DNA of 64,000 bases from Acidimicrobiia bacterium (GTDB lineage: Bacteria > Actinomycetota > Acidimicrobiia > Spongiisociales > ZC4RG35). Shown one piece after another: positions 47,936 through 58,929 of the stretch; within the stretch, counting starts at the first letter, position 1; every line of letters starts with the position of its first letter. Below the pieces are notes generated by a model. The model saw nothing but the letters and a program-made list of their open reading frames with translations. It was not told the DNA's origin and made no database searches. The stretch spans positions 101,061-165,060 of the forward strand of contig JANQRA010000002.1 in the NCBI GenBank assembly GCA_028284765.1. Direction: 5' to 3'. Made by a program: the position numbers and the translations under genes.

Positions 47936-49270
47936 ATGACCGACCTCTTCGAGGCCCGCGCCGAGGCATTCGCCGCCCAGACCGCTCCCCTGGCGACCCG
48001 GATGCGCCCGCGGACACTCGATGAAGTTGCGGGCCAGACCCACTTGCTGGCATCCGATTCTGCCTTCCGACATATCGCAGCCTCATCCAACCCGATTTCG
48101 CTGCTGCTCTGGGGACCTCCCGGAACAGGCAAGACCACTCTTGCCTCGATCGTTGCCAAGAATGCCGAAGCCGCGTTCGAGACACTTTCTGCAACCTCAG
48201 CCGGGGTGAAAGACATTCGCGGCGTCCTGGCTGGCGCCAAACAGCGACTGGCTACCGAGGAACGGCGAACGGTCCTGTTTCTCGACGAGATCCACCGTTT
48301 CGCCAAGAACCAACAGGACGCACTGCTCCCCGGAGTCGAAGACGGGACGCTGATCCTGATCGGAGCAACTACCGAGAACCCCTACTTCGAAGTCAACTCG
48401 CCGTTGATGTCGCGCATGACGCTGTTCCGCCTCGAGTCGCTGACACCGGATGAGATCCATGCACTCTTGAATCGGGCCCTCGACGACCCTGAGCGAGGCC
48501 TCGGCGCCATGGGTCTCACCATCGACTCAGACGTCGCCACTGAACTCGCCACCCGAACCGGCGGCGACGCACGTCAGTCTCTCAACTCCCTGGAGGTCGC
48601 GGCCCGAATGGCCGAGGCCGCAGGCCGACAGGAGATCACATTCGACGACGTTTCCGAGGCGTTGCAACGGCGCTTGGTGCGCTACGACAAGACCGGCGAT
48701 TCTCACTACGACGTCATATCCGCGTTCATCAAGTCGATAAGGGGGTCAGACCCCGACGCAGCGATGTATTGGCTGATGCTCATGCTCGAAGGCGGTGAAG
48801 ACCCAGAGTTCATTGCCCGACGGCTGATCATCCTTGCCTCTGAGGACGTCGGCCTTGCAGATTCCGAAGGGATCAGTGTCGCGGTGTCGGCGGCTGAGGC
48901 TCTCGCCTACGTTGGCCTGCCCGAAGCCCGCTACCACCTGGCTCACGCCACCCTGTTTCTTGCAACTGCAGCGAAGTCCAACTCTGTGGGACGGGCGATG
49001 AGAGCAGCCCAAGAGCTCGTCGAAGGCGGTCCCACCCCATCGGTTCCTCCTCATCTCCGTTCCAGCAGTTACTCCGGTGCATCGGACCTTGGGCACGGAG
49101 AGGGATACGTATACCCCCACGACGACCCGCTGGGCGTCGCCAAGCAGCAGTACTTCCCAGACGGGGTTGACCCAAGGCCCATCTTTCGCCCTGGGCATCA
49201 TGGGCACGAGAAAGACATCGCCGACCGTCTTTCCAAGATCGACGAGATCTTGGGACGACGAGGTCGCTGA
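47936..49270 (+). CDS. rarA: Replication-associated recombination protein A (RarA/MgsA AAA+ ATPase)
   Basis: MRPRTLDEVAGQTHLL...LLLWGPPGTGKTTLA...VLFLDEIHRF. I used the internal ATG (MTDLFEARAE). Confidence 0.85.
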   Translation: MTDLFEARAEAFAAQTAPLATRMRPRTLDEVAGQTHLLASDSAFRHIAASSNPISLLLWGPPGTGKTTLASIVAKNAEAAFETLSATSAGVKDIRGVLAGAKQRLATEERRTVLFLDEIHRFAKNQQDALLPGVEDGTLILIGATTENPYFEVNSPLMSRMTLFRLESLTPDEIHALLNRALDDPERGLGAMGLTIDSDVATELATRTGGDARQSLNSLEVAARMAEAAGRQEITFDDVSEALQRRLVRYDKTGDSHYDVISAFIKSIRGSDPDAAMYWLMLMLEGGEDPEFIARRLIILASEDVGLADSEGISVAVSAAEALAYVGLPEARYHLAHATLFLATAAKSNSVGRAMRAAQELVEGGPTPSVPPHLRSSSYSGASDLGHGEGYVYPHDDPLGVAKQQYFPDGVDPRPIFRPGHHGHEKDIADRLSKIDEILGRRGR

Positions 49271-49281
49271 GACCTGCGTGC

Positions 49282-51807
49282 TCAGCTGGTAGGAGCTAAC
49301 ACCGCTTCGACGGATTGCTCGCCTTCGACATAGGCAACGGCATTGGCCCCGGCGGCCGCAAGCAGGTCGCCTTCAGCGGCTCTGACGGCGTCGAGTAGCG
49401 ATGAGTCACCACTCACAGACAAGGATTCGAGCTCAGCACGCATCGAGACCTTGGCCTCGGACTTGGTGCGGCGGACAACGGTAAGGACTTGGCTTGTCGA
49501 GTTGAGGACCGCGGCATCACCCTCGACACCGGCGAATTCGGACGGCGTTGGCCAGGTCTCTAGATGGACAGATCCTTCACGCCACCAACTCCAGACCTCC
49601 TCCGTCACGAAGGGCAGGAATGGGGCAAACAAGCGCAGGTAAACGCTCAGTGCGAACTGCAGTGCTCCGTGTGCCGATTCGGCTGCGGCACCGTCTCCGT
49701 ATGCACGAGCCTTGACCAACTCGAGATAGTCGTCGGTCCACGACCAGAACGACTTCTCGGCGACTTCCAACGCTCTGGCGTAGTCGTATTCCTCGAATGC
49801 CTTGGTGGCAGCTGAGACATCACTGGCGAGCCCACCCAACATCGACCTGTCGATCGGCTCGGTGATGGCAGCGATATCCACGTCCGAGTCCGTGAAGCCC
49901 AACGCGAAACGCGACGCGTTGAGGATCTTGATTGCCAATCTGCGGCCGATCTTCATCACCCCGAAGTCGACTGCTGTGTCGACCCCCGGTCGACCGTTGC
50001 AAGCCCAATAGCGGACGGCCTCTGCGCCGTACTCCTCAATGAGCGGCATAGGGGTGACGACGTTGCCCCTCGACTTGGACATCTTCTTCCGGTCGGGATC
50101 GAGGATCCAGCCGTTGATCGTGGCGGTGTGCCACGGAAGAACGCCGTGCTCCATATGGGCGCGAACCGTTGACCCGAACAGCCAGGTGCGGATGATCTCG
50201 GGACCCTGGGGCCTGATGTCCATGGGGAAGACGCGCTCGAAGAAGGAAGGGTCGTCGAGCCACCTGCCGGCAATCTGGGGCGTGAGAGAGGATGTCGCCC
50301 ACGTGTCCATCACGTCCGGATCGGCCATGAAGCCGCCAGGTTGGCCACGCTGTGACTCGTCATACCCACTCGGCGTGTGGCTCGTCGGATCGATGGGAAG
50401 CTGATCATCGCTGGGGACGATCGGGTTGTCGTAGTCAGGCTCGCCCGCCTCGTTCAGCGGATACCAGAGGGGTATGGCAACTCCGAAGAATCGCTGCCTC
50501 GAGATCAGCCAGTCGCCGGTCAGACCTTCGACCCAGTGCCGGTATCTGACACCCATGAACTCTGGAACCCAGTGCAGCTCTTCGCCACGTACAAGTAACT
50601 CCTTCTGCAGGTCGTCATCACGACCGCCATTGCGAATGAACCACTGGCGGCTGGAGACGATTTCGAGGGGCCTATCACCCTTCTCGTAGAACTTGACCGG
50701 ATGCATTATCTGACGCGGCTCGCCTTCGAGATCACCTGACTCGGCGAGCAGCTCAGCCATCTTGCGACGAGCTTGGTTCGGATAGAGCCCGGCAAGTTCG
50801 CCGTAGGCGTCAGCGTTGACCAACCAGTCCGGCGTCTCCGATGTGAAACGACCGTCCGGCTGGATGACTGTCCTCGTCGGGAGATCGAGCTCACGCCACC
50901 AGGTGACGTCCGTCGTGTCACCGAACGTGCAGATCATCGCTATCCCCGTCCCCTTGTCTGGCTCGGCTAGTTCATGGGGATGGACGGGCAGCTCGACACC
51001 GAAGATGGGCGAGGTGACCGTGGAGCCAAAGAGCGACTGATAGCGCTCATCGTCCGGGTGAGCAACAAGGGCGACACAGGAGCAGATCAGCTCGGGACGA
51101 GTGGTTTCGATGTAGACCTTCCCACGGTCTGCCGTGTGGAAGGCAACCTTGTGATACGCGCCGCCTTTCTCACGATCCTCGAGCTCGGCCTGGGCGACGG
51201 CAGTCTGGAAGTCGACATCCCAGAGCACTGGCGCCTCCTGCGAGTAGGCCTCTCCCCTGGCGAGGTTGTTGAGGAAGGCCTTCTGGCTCGTCTTCTGTGC
51301 GGTGTCATCGATTGTTGCGTAGGTCTGTTTCCAGTCGACCGAGAGCCCCATCGTGCGCCAAAGGTGCTCGAAGACTTGCTCATCCTCGTCGGTGAGTATG
51401 TGGCAGAGCTCGATGAAGTTGCGCCGACTTATCGAGATCGGCGGGTCATGTGCTTCGGCAGGCGGCTCAAAGCCCTCGTCGTACGGGAGTGAGGGGTCAC
51501 AACGGACCCCGTAATAGTTCTGCACCCGACGTTCCGTGGGCAGACCGTTGTCGTCCCAACCCATCGGGTAGAACACCTCTTTGCCCGACATCCGACGATA
51601 TCGAGCGTGGGCGTCGGTCTGGACGTAGCCGAAGACCGAGCCCATGTGCAGGGATCCGGAGACGGTCGGCGGCGGGGTGTCGATCGAGAAGATCTCGTCG
51701 CGTGTCTTGTTCGCGTCGAACCGGAAGACATCGTTGGACTCCCAGTAGGGGTCCCATTTGGCCTCTAGACCGTCGAGATTTGGCTTTTGGGGGATGTTTC
51801 TGCCCAT
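49282..51807 (-). CDS. valS: Valine--tRNA ligase
   Basis: PPPTVSGSLHMGS (HIGH-type motif), KMSKS, and a length of about 840-880 aa. The start is uncertain; I used the ATG MGRNIPQKPNL. Confidence 0.85.
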   Translation of the reverse strand: MGRNIPQKPNLDGLEAKWDPYWESNDVFRFDANKTRDEIFSIDTPPPTVSGSLHMGSVFGYVQTDAHARYRRMSGKEVFYPMGWDDNGLPTERRVQNYYGVRCDPSLPYDEGFEPPAEAHDPPISISRRNFIELCHILTDEDEQVFEHLWRTMGLSVDWKQTYATIDDTAQKTSQKAFLNNLARGEAYSQEAPVLWDVDFQTAVAQAELEDREKGGAYHKVAFHTADRGKVYIETTRPELICSCVALVAHPDDERYQSLFGSTVTSPIFGVELPVHPHELAEPDKGTGIAMICTFGDTTDVTWWRELDLPTRTVIQPDGRFTSETPDWLVNADAYGELAGLYPNQARRKMAELLAESGDLEGEPRQIMHPVKFYEKGDRPLEIVSSRQWFIRNGGRDDDLQKELLVRGEELHWVPEFMGVRYRHWVEGLTGDWLISRQRFFGVAIPLWYPLNEAGEPDYDNPIVPSDDQLPIDPTSHTPSGYDESQRGQPGGFMADPDVMDTWATSSLTPQIAGRWLDDPSFFERVFPMDIRPQGPEIIRTWLFGSTVRAHMEHGVLPWHTATINGWILDPDRKKMSKSRGNVVTPMPLIEEYGAEAVRYWACNGRPGVDTAVDFGVMKIGRRLAIKILNASRFALGFTDSDVDIAAITEPIDRSMLGGLASDVSAATKAFEEYDYARALEVAEKSFWSWTDDYLELVKARAYGDGAAAESAHGALQFALSVYLRLFAPFLPFVTEEVWSWWREGSVHLETWPTPSEFAGVEGDAAVLNSTSQVLTVVRRTKSEAKVSMRAELESLSVSGDSSLLDAVRAAEGDLLAAAGANAVAYVEGEQSVEAVLAPTS

Positions 51808-51898
51808 CGCGGTCGATGGTAACGGTGGTTGTGTCGAGATCAGGAACCCTTTTGCTGCCCGAGCGCTTCTGTCGGCGGCGGGACGTAAGTTCTCTGAG

Positions 51899-52321
51899 AT
51901 GGAACAGAGAGTGAGTGTCATCAGCCTCGGTGTGGCCGATCTAGATCGGGCGCGTGCCTTCTATCAAGCGATGGGTTGGACCGAGGGATCGGGCTCCACC
52001 GACGACATCGCCTTCTTCCAGGCGGGTGGTCTCGTCTTGGGGCTGTGGGATCGAACGAAACTGGCTGAAGACAGTGCCGTCACGAACTCCGAAGGCTGGG
52101 GTGGCGTGACACTTGCCTACAACACCAGGTCCCGAGATGAAGTCGATGAGGTGATGGAACAAGCTCGTGCCGCTGGCGCCGCCGTCGGGAGATCTCCCGC
52201 GGAGACCTTCTGGGGTGGCTACTCGGGTGTCTTCATCGACACTGAAGGGAACCCGTGGGAGGTTGCCCACAACCCGTATTGGGTGATCGACGACGATGGA
52301 AACACCCTGCTCGGCGTCTAG
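51899..52321 (+). CDS. VOC (glyoxalase/bleomycin-resistance) family protein
   Basis: MEQRVSVISLGVADLDRARAFYQAMGW.. is the VOC N-terminus. I used the internal ATG. Confidence 0.65.
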   Translation: MEQRVSVISLGVADLDRARAFYQAMGWTEGSGSTDDIAFFQAGGLVLGLWDRTKLAEDSAVTNSEGWGGVTLAYNTRSRDEVDEVMEQARAAGAAVGRSPAETFWGGYSGVFIDTEGNPWEVAHNPYWVIDDDGNTLLGV

Positions 52322-52343
52322 GACCACGGCCTGCGCTCCCATC

Positions 52344-52556
52344 ATGGGAATCTTCAAGACAGATCCGTCAAAGCACGTCGTGGTGGGCAATGAGATGAAC
52401 TGCGAGATCTGCGGCCACAACCTCTTCTTCAAGCGCAAGGGACAGATCAACACCGCGGGGCTGAGTTTCTTCGAACTGGACTGGTTGAACGCAACCGCGA
52501 ACTGCGTCGTGTGCGCCCAACGTGGATACGTGCATTGGTTTCTACCGACAGGTTGA
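52344..52556 (+). CDS. Small Cys4 (CxxC...CxxC) zinc-ribbon-like protein, about 70 aa
   Basis: MGIFKTDPSKHVVVGNEMNCEICGHNLFFKRKGQINTAGLSFFELDWLNATANCVVCAQRGYVHWFLPTG. Confidence 0.35.
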   Translation: MGIFKTDPSKHVVVGNEMNCEICGHNLFFKRKGQINTAGLSFFELDWLNATANCVVCAQRGYVHWFLPTG

Positions 52557-52580
52557 ACCCGACGCCGCTCAGATCCAGCC

Positions 52581-52743
52581 CTCAATAAGGGCCGCCGCCG
52601 CCCCAATCCCCCATCTGCGACGGGTCTTTGTACTCACGCTCGTAGTACTCGTCAGCCTCGGCAGCCTTACGACGCAACCACCACGCCAAACCACCCGTTA
52701 TACCGATGGCAAGCACTGCCGAAAACCAGTTCCAGAATGGCAT
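52581..52743 (-). CDS. Small membrane protein (53 aa), translationally coupled downstream of icmF. Not in the ORF track.
   Basis: I translated it myself: [53 protein letters not shown]. Its ATG overlaps the icmF stop (ATGA). Confidence 0.35.
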
Positions 52744-55700
52744 CACATGTTCCGCCGGTACTGGCCTCCAACGTCGTACAGGGCGCGACTCATCTCACCC
52801 AGTGAGGCCACCTTCGAAGTCGCCATGAGTTGCTCGAAGATGTTGTCGCCATGGACCGCCGAGCGTTGCAGCTCGGCCAGCGAACTACCCGCCGCGTCCG
52901 CATTTCGGTCCTGGAAGGACCTCAGATTCCGTATCTGACGATCTTTGTCGTCATCTGACGAGCGGATCAGCTCCTTGGGCATCTCGAATGGCGAGCCCTC
53001 CTTGGACAAGAAAGTGTTCACCCCGACGATCGGATACTCACCCGATTCCTTCTGCTGCTCGTAGTAGAGCGACTCCTCCTGGATCTTCGTCCGCTGGTAC
53101 TGACGCTCCATCGCACCCAGCACGCCTCCCCGCGAGTTCAGACGCTCGAACTCGGCCAGGACAGCCTCTTCGACCAGGTCGGTCAGCTCCTCGATGATGA
53201 AACTCCCCTGGAGCGGGTTCTCGTTCTTGTTCAGCCCGAGCTCTTTGTTGATGATCAGCTGAATCGCTAGCGCACGTCGCACCGACTCCTCGGTAGGCGT
53301 GGTTATCGCCTCGTCGTACGCATTCGTGTGGAGACTGTTCGCATTGTCGTAGAGGGCATACAGGGCCTGGAGGGTGGTCCGGATGTCGTTGAAGCTGATC
53401 TCTTGAGCGTGCAGAGAACGTCCCGAGGTCTGGATGTGGTACTTGAGCTTCTGGGAGCGCTCGTTACCTCCGTACTTGTGCTTGATCGCTTTGGACCAGA
53501 TGCGTCGCGCCACGCGCCCTATCACCGCGTACTCAGCGTCGATGCCGTTGGAGAAGAAGAAGGAGAGGTTTGGCGCAAAGTCGTCGATGTCCATCCCCTT
53601 GGCCAGGTAGTTCTCTACAAACGTGAAGCCGTTGGCGAGTGTGAACGCCAACTGGGTAATCGGGTTCGCTCCGGCTTCGGCCATGTGATACCCGCTGATC
53701 GAGACTGAGTAGAAGTTGCGAACCTCCTGGTCAACGAAGTACTGCTGAATGTCTCCCATCATCCGCAATGCGAACTCAGTGGAGAAGATGCACGTGTTCT
53801 GCGCCTGATCCTCCTTGAGGATGTCAGCCTGCACCGTGCCCCTCACCGTCGACAGGGTCTCCGCCTTCAGTTCCTCGTAGACATCCGCCGGCAACACCTG
53901 GTCTCCGGTCACCCCCAACAATCGCAATCCGAGCCCGTCGTGCCCGTCAGGAAGTTCGCCGTGATATTCCGGCCGCGGACGATCGCCGTAGATGGTGTTG
54001 ACCTTCGCCTCGACTTCATCCCACATGTCGTGCTCAGTGATGTACTTCTCACATGCCTGATCAATGGCAGCGTTCATGAAGAAGGCCAGGATCATCGGCG
54101 CCGGGCCGTTGATCGTCATGGATACCGAGGTCGTGGGGTCTGCGAGATCGAATCCTGAGTACAGCTTCTTGGCGTCGTCCAATGTGGCGATGGACACACC
54201 TGAGTTCCCAACCTTCCCATAGATGTCTGGTCGCTCATTCGGTTCATCGCCATACAACGTGACCGAATCAAAGGCAGTGGAGAGCCTCTTCGCTGGCATC
54301 CCTTCCGCTAGGTAGTGGAAGCGGGCATTTGTCTGCTCGGGTGGGCCTTCACCGGCGAACATCCGCGCCGGGTCTTCGGCCTGTCGTCGGAATGGAAAGA
54401 CACCTGCGGTGAACGGAAACTCCCCAGGAACGTTCTCCTGCAGCAACCAGTGCAGCCGATCTCCCCAAGACCGATATCGGGGCAACGCCACTTTGGGCAC
54501 CTTGGTGTGCGACAAGGTCTCATGATGTAGAGGTAGTCGTATCTCGCGGCCCCTCACGTGGTAGATGAACTCTTCGCCTGAGTATTCGGCGACGAGGCCA
54601 TCCCAACGTTCCAACGCACGCCGATTCTCCGGGTTCAGGTCCGGCTCGGGTGCCCCCTTGGTTTCGACACCCGCCTCGGCTGCTCCCTCCAACCGGTATG
54701 CCAGCTCAGCGGCATCGGCCTGCTCGGCAGCCCATGTGTCGTATCTTTTGATCTCCTCCACGATCTCAGCGAGGTATCTGGCTCGCTCCGGTGGGACAAC
54801 ATGCTGCTTGGCATGGTCACTGACCGGAATGTCCAAGTCCGAGGTGAGCCCAAGCCGAGCGGCGAGCGCCTTGTAGAAACGATTGGTGCCGGGATCGTTG
54901 AAGTCGGATGCAACGGTCGTGTGAATCGGCAACGATTCATCACCTGCGTCAAATAGCTGATGGTTGCGTTTGTATTGCTTGCGGACGTCACGCAATGCAT
55001 CGAGCGCACCCTGTTTGTCGGCTTTGTTGATGACGACCATGTCGGCGAAATCGAGCATGTCGATTTTCTCGAGCTGAGTGGCCGCTCCGTACTCCGGCGT
55101 CATCACGTAGAGGCTGTGGTCGCTGAAGTCGACGATTTCCGTGTCCGACTGCCCGATACCCGAAGTCTCCAAGATCACAAGGTCGTATCCAGCCGCTTTG
55201 ACGATGTTCAACGCGTGATTGATGTGAGGTGAGAGCGCAAGGTTGGCCTGCCGAGTCGCCAACGAGCGCATGTAGGCCCGGGGATGAGGAAGGGAGTTCA
55301 TCCTGATCCGATCGCCGAGCAAGGCGCCACCGGAGCGCCGCTTGGATGGATCAACGGACACCACGGCAACTGTTAGATCATCGAAGTCCGCCAGAAACCG
55401 ACGCACGATCTCGTCCACGAGGCTGCTCTTGCCCGAGCCGCCGGTCCCAGTCACGCCGAGAACAGGCGTTGTCGATTCAAGGGCTTTCAGCTCAACCTGT
55501 TCCCAGAGATCTGCGTACTTCTCTGTGTAGTTCTCAGCAGCCGATATCAACCTGGCGACGACGTCGGGCCGGTCTGCAGACAGCGAATCCAGTGAGAAGC
55601 CGTCCTCGAGCTCACCCGTGGCAAAGTCCGACATCGCGAGCATGTCGGCCACCATTCCGGTCAATCCGAGAGTTCGCCCATCGTCAGGCGAGTAGATCCT

Positions 55701-56063
55701 CGTGACTCCGTAGGCAGCTAGCTCCTCGCCCTCCGATGGGAGAATCGTCCCGCCACCGCCTCCGAAGAGGTTGATGTGCTCTGCCCCACGCTCGACGAGA
55801 AGGTCCCTGAGGTACTTGTAGAACTCCATGTGACCGCCCTGATACGAAGTCACAGCGATGGCATGGGCGTCCTCCTGGATCGCAGCATCCACGATGTCCT
55901 GGCCACTTCGGTTGTGGCCAAGATGGATGACTTCGGCCCCCGACGCCTGAAGAATCCGACGGAAGATGTTTATAGACGCGTCGTGGCCATCGAACAGAGT
56001 CGTGGCAGTCACGAACCTGACTTTGTGGGTCAGAGCCGCGTTTTGTCGAGTCGGATCGCTCAT
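52743..56063 (-). CDS. icmF: Fused isobutyryl-CoA mutase IcmF (B12-binding domain + MeaB-like GTPase + mutase substrate domain)
   Basis: 1106 aa. The N-terminal B12 domain reads ...[13 protein letters not shown].... The P-loop is [12 protein letters not shown]. The C-terminal region is a large mutase (MCM-type) domain. Confidence 0.85.
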   Translation of the reverse strand: MSDPTRQNAALTHKVRFVTATTLFDGHDASINIFRRILQASGAEVIHLGHNRSGQDIVDAAIQEDAHAIAVTSYQGGHMEFYKYLRDLLVERGAEHINLFGGGGGTILPSEGEELAAYGVTRIYSPDDGRTLGLTGMVADMLAMSDFATGELEDGFSLDSLSADRPDVVARLISAAENYTEKYADLWEQVELKALESTTPVLGVTGTGGSGKSSLVDEIVRRFLADFDDLTVAVVSVDPSKRRSGGALLGDRIRMNSLPHPRAYMRSLATRQANLALSPHINHALNIVKAAGYDLVILETSGIGQSDTEIVDFSDHSLYVMTPEYGAATQLEKIDMLDFADMVVINKADKQGALDALRDVRKQYKRNHQLFDAGDESLPIHTTVASDFNDPGTNRFYKALAARLGLTSDLDIPVSDHAKQHVVPPERARYLAEIVEEIKRYDTWAAEQADAAELAYRLEGAAEAGVETKGAPEPDLNPENRRALERWDGLVAEYSGEEFIYHVRGREIRLPLHHETLSHTKVPKVALPRYRSWGDRLHWLLQENVPGEFPFTAGVFPFRRQAEDPARMFAGEGPPEQTNARFHYLAEGMPAKRLSTAFDSVTLYGDEPNERPDIYGKVGNSGVSIATLDDAKKLYSGFDLADPTTSVSMTINGPAPMILAFFMNAAIDQACEKYITEHDMWDEVEAKVNTIYGDRPRPEYHGELPDGHDGLGLRLLGVTGDQVLPADVYEELKAETLSTVRGTVQADILKEDQAQNTCIFSTEFALRMMGDIQQYFVDQEVRNFYSVSISGYHMAEAGANPITQLAFTLANGFTFVENYLAKGMDIDDFAPNLSFFFSNGIDAEYAVIGRVARRIWSKAIKHKYGGNERSQKLKYHIQTSGRSLHAQEISFNDIRTTLQALYALYDNANSLHTNAYDEAITTPTEESVRRALAIQLIINKELGLNKNENPLQGSFIIEELTDLVEEAVLAEFERLNSRGGVLGAMERQYQRTKIQEESLYYEQQKESGEYPIVGVNTFLSKEGSPFEMPKELIRSSDDDKDRQIRNLRSFQDRNADAAGSSLAELQRSAVHGDNIFEQLMATSKVASLGEMSRALYDVGGQYRRNM

Positions 56064-56135
56064 AAGTGACTAGTTACAACTGTACAGGGCGTTTGACGCT
56101 TCCACCCTGTTCACCTTTGCGCGATTCCGACTAGA

Positions 56136-56456
56136 TTGGCCATCGGGATGGCGCAATTCACCGGGCGGCTTCAGGGGCCAGATCTAGAGCCCAGCAGCGT
56201 GCTGATAGATATCGGCGACGGCAGGTTCAGGGTGTCCGCAGGACGACTGCATGTCGGCTCTTGGGCGCTGGAACGGATCGAGGCGGAGCGAGTATCGATC
56301 TACAAGTTCGCACTCAAGGTCGCCGGAGACCCGTTTGAGTTCTATCCAGATGACCCGTCGACATTCTCTGATGAGATAGGCGCATTCATCGATCTCACCG
56401 GTTCCAAGGCACGGTTCGGGCTCAAGGAACGAATCCAGAAGGCTGCCAACGGCTGA
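56136..56456 (+). CDS. Hypothetical protein
   Basis: 106 aa, no recognisable motif. Confidence 0.35.
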   Translation: MAIGMAQFTGRLQGPDLEPSSVLIDIGDGRFRVSAGRLHVGSWALERIEAERVSIYKFALKVAGDPFEFYPDDPSTFSDEIGAFIDLTGSKARFGLKERIQKAANG

Positions 56457-56483
56457 ACTCCGCCGCTCTGGCAAAATACTTGG

Positions 56484-57230
56484 ATGGTTCGACAGATCAT
56501 TCGCAGGGGTGCCGCGACCGCCGTCGCTGTGGTCGGACTCGAAGCTGCTTACGCCGTACTGAAACCTGCACCCGAGTTGGACGACTTCGACCCTTCCGGT
56601 GAATTTGGGAGTCCCGAGAATCCGACCCTTCGTGTCGTTGTGATGGGTGACTCCTCGGTCACGGCTCCGGGTGTCAGCGGACCGGAGGAGATCTGGGTCT
56701 CGATCGTATGTCAGCGGCTCGCTGATACAGGCCACCATGTCGTCCTGCGATCAGTCGCCGTTGGTGGCTCGATGGCACACAACCTGATCTCCGACCAACT
56801 GGACGACACTCTGTCCTTCGACCCGCATTTAATCCTTGTTTCGGTAGGGGCGAACGACGTGATCAAAGCCGTTCCTCGAGCTGTCTTCGAGTCCAATCTC
56901 GACTTCTTGATCGGCGAACTCGCCAAGACCGACGCTGTCATCGTCCAAAGTGGAGTTGGCGTCCTGGGCACGATCCCCCGGTTGCATCCCCCACTCAGCC
57001 AGATGGTCTCCCGTCGATCTCGCCGCTTCGACGATGCGCACTGGCGTGTGGCTCAGAAACACGGCACGGCTGTGGTGCACCAGAGAAGTGACGACCCAAA
57101 GGCGTGGTCGCACCGAGAGCTTTGGGCGGCCGACCAGTTCCACGTAAGTGCCGCTGGCCACGCCCGATGGGCGGAGACTGCCTGGAGAACGATCGAGCCG
57201 CTGGTCGCGGCGGTTGATGGACAGCGCTGA
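56484..57230 (+). CDS. SGNH/GDSL hydrolase family protein
   Basis: VVVMGDSSV (GDS block) and VSVGANDV. Confidence 0.7.
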   Translation: MVRQIIRRGAATAVAVVGLEAAYAVLKPAPELDDFDPSGEFGSPENPTLRVVVMGDSSVTAPGVSGPEEIWVSIVCQRLADTGHHVVLRSVAVGGSMAHNLISDQLDDTLSFDPHLILVSVGANDVIKAVPRAVFESNLDFLIGELAKTDAVIVQSGVGVLGTIPRLHPPLSQMVSRRSRRFDDAHWRVAQKHGTAVVHQRSDDPKAWSHRELWAADQFHVSAAGHARWAETAWRTIEPLVAAVDGQR

Positions 57231-57630
57231 GGCTCTGGTCAAGCTGACCAGCAAGCCCACAGGCCATCTCGCAACTGTTGACCGCAATGGACTTCCTCAT
57301 GTGGTCGTTGTGACCTATGCGGTGGTCGGAGGCAATGTCGTCACAGCGGTCGACCAGAAGCCCAAGTCAACCCGAACGTTGAAGCGCCTGAGAAATGTCG
57401 AAGCAACCCGAAAAGCCTCCTTTCTCGTCGATCACTACGAGGAAGATTGGAGTCAGCTGTGGTGGGTTCGAGTCGACGGCCCAGCGTCGATCATCCGAGA
57501 TGGGGCAACCTTCGAGGATGCTCTAGATGCCCTGGTCGAGAAGTACCCGCAGTACCGGCAGAACCGTCCCCAAGGACCGGTGATCTACCTAAGTCAGTCG
57601 AGAGTCACGGGTTGGAGCGCGGCTGGATGA
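57217..57630 (+). CDS. PPOX-class probable F420-dependent enzyme (TIGR03668/Rv0121-like)
   Basis: ...GHLATVDRNGLPHVVVVTYAVVGGNVVTAVDQKPKSTRTLKRLRNVEATRKASFLVDHYEEDWSQLWWVRVDG. Confidence 0.65.
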   Translation: MDSAEALVKLTSKPTGHLATVDRNGLPHVVVVTYAVVGGNVVTAVDQKPKSTRTLKRLRNVEATRKASFLVDHYEEDWSQLWWVRVDGPASIIRDGATFEDALDALVEKYPQYRQNRPQGPVIYLSQSRVTGWSAAG

Positions 57631-58150
57631 CTCCCGATTCGGTCACAAGAAGATCTACTGGTTGATCGTGATCGGCCATCGGAATGTCGGTTCGGATTCG
57701 ATCTGACCATGTGACACCCACCGCAAGCGAGTCAGCCCGCCTGTCTGCAAGAATCCGATCGTAGAAGCCGCCTCCGCGACCTAGCCGAGCACCTTCCGCG
57801 GAGAATGCGAGGCCGGGAACCAGGAAGATGTCTATTTCCCATGGCGCGACCACGGCACCCGTGCCCCGCGGCTGGTACATCCCGAACCGATGCTTCTCGA
57901 GAGGCACTGCCCGATCCCGAAACGTAACGGCGCCGTCGTCTTCGACACGAACCAAAACCCACCGCCAGCCCGGCAAATCCTCAAACAGTTCGGTCACCGA
58001 GACCTCGTCGTCCATAGGCACATAAGCAGCGACCGTCCCTGGTAGTTGCGATGCAAGCCAGTCTCTGAGCGCTCTGCGGACGCTTTGAGCTACCTGCTCA
58101 CCTGGCACAGCCGATGACCGCATTTCCGCTCGCAACGAGTTCTTGTCCAT
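57605..58150 (-). CDS. 5-formyltetrahydrofolate cyclo-ligase
   Basis: MDKNSLRAEMR... N-terminus; the GRGGGFYDR motif. I used the internal ATG. Confidence 0.75.
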   Translation of the reverse strand: MDKNSLRAEMRSSAVPGEQVAQSVRRALRDWLASQLPGTVAAYVPMDDEVSVTELFEDLPGWRWVLVRVEDDGAVTFRDRAVPLEKHRFGMYQPRGTGAVVAPWEIDIFLVPGLAFSAEGARLGRGGGFYDRILADRRADSLAVGVTWSDRIRTDIPMADHDQPVDLLVTESGVIQPRSNP

Positions 58151-58928
58151 GAAGCCAGCGTATCCGGGCATCGCTAGCCTCGATCTCGTGACAGTGCTCA
58201 AGATTGGCTTCCGCACGATCCTCACCTGGACCGTGGGTGTAACCGTCACGTTTCTTGGTGCAATCGCTGTGCTCACCATCGCGTTGTTCAGTCAGACCTC
58301 GCCACTTATCGAAAAGGTGATTTGGGCGTGGAGCAAAGCTTGGCTGTGGGCTTCAGGGACCACCCTCGAAATCGAAGGCCAGGAGCACATCGATCCCGAG
58401 CGCTCGTATGTGATCGTCGCCAACCATCTCTCCACACTCGACATCATGGTGTGCTTCCTTACCGTCCGACTCCCCATCCGCTACCTAGCGAAGAAGGAGC
58501 TCTTCAGAATCCCGGTGTTCGCGCAGGCGATGCGGCGTGTCGGAATGATCGAGGTCGATCGCGCGGCGCGCGGCGCAATTCATGCATCTGTCAACCGACA
58601 GGCAAAGGACCTCATCGAGCACAACCGCAGCCTCATCATCTACGCGGAGGGGACCAGACCACGCGATGGTGTGATGAAGCCATTCAAAAAGGGCGCGTTC
58701 ACCATGGCCGTCGCCGCACAGTTGCCAGTTCTCCCCTTGTCCATCCACGGGACATACGAAGCAGCAGTTCCAGGCCGACCATGGTTTCGAGGCGGCCCTG
58801 TAAAGGCGATCGTCGACCCCGCAATCGAGACTGCTGGCCTCACACCTACAGACGTCAACTCATTGCGGGATCAAACTCGGGAAATCATCGCCGGCAACGT
58901 GAGTCGCCTCGGCGGGCCCGTCGGGTGA
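58149..58928 (+). CDS. 1-acyl-sn-glycerol-3-phosphate acyltransferase (PlsC family)
   Basis: VANHLSTLD (NHxxxxD) and YAEGTR. Its ATG (58149-58151) and the divergent 5-FCL ATG (58148-58150) share the palindrome CATG, so one of the two starts is probably elsewhere. Confidence 0.7.
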   Translation: MKPAYPGIASLDLVTVLKIGFRTILTWTVGVTVTFLGAIAVLTIALFSQTSPLIEKVIWAWSKAWLWASGTTLEIEGQEHIDPERSYVIVANHLSTLDIMVCFLTVRLPIRYLAKKELFRIPVFAQAMRRVGMIEVDRAARGAIHASVNRQAKDLIEHNRSLIIYAEGTRPRDGVMKPFKKGAFTMAVAAQLPVLPLSIHGTYEAAVPGRPWFRGGPVKAIVDPAIETAGLTPTDVNSLRDQTREIIAGNVSRLGGPVG

Positions 58929-58929
58929 G

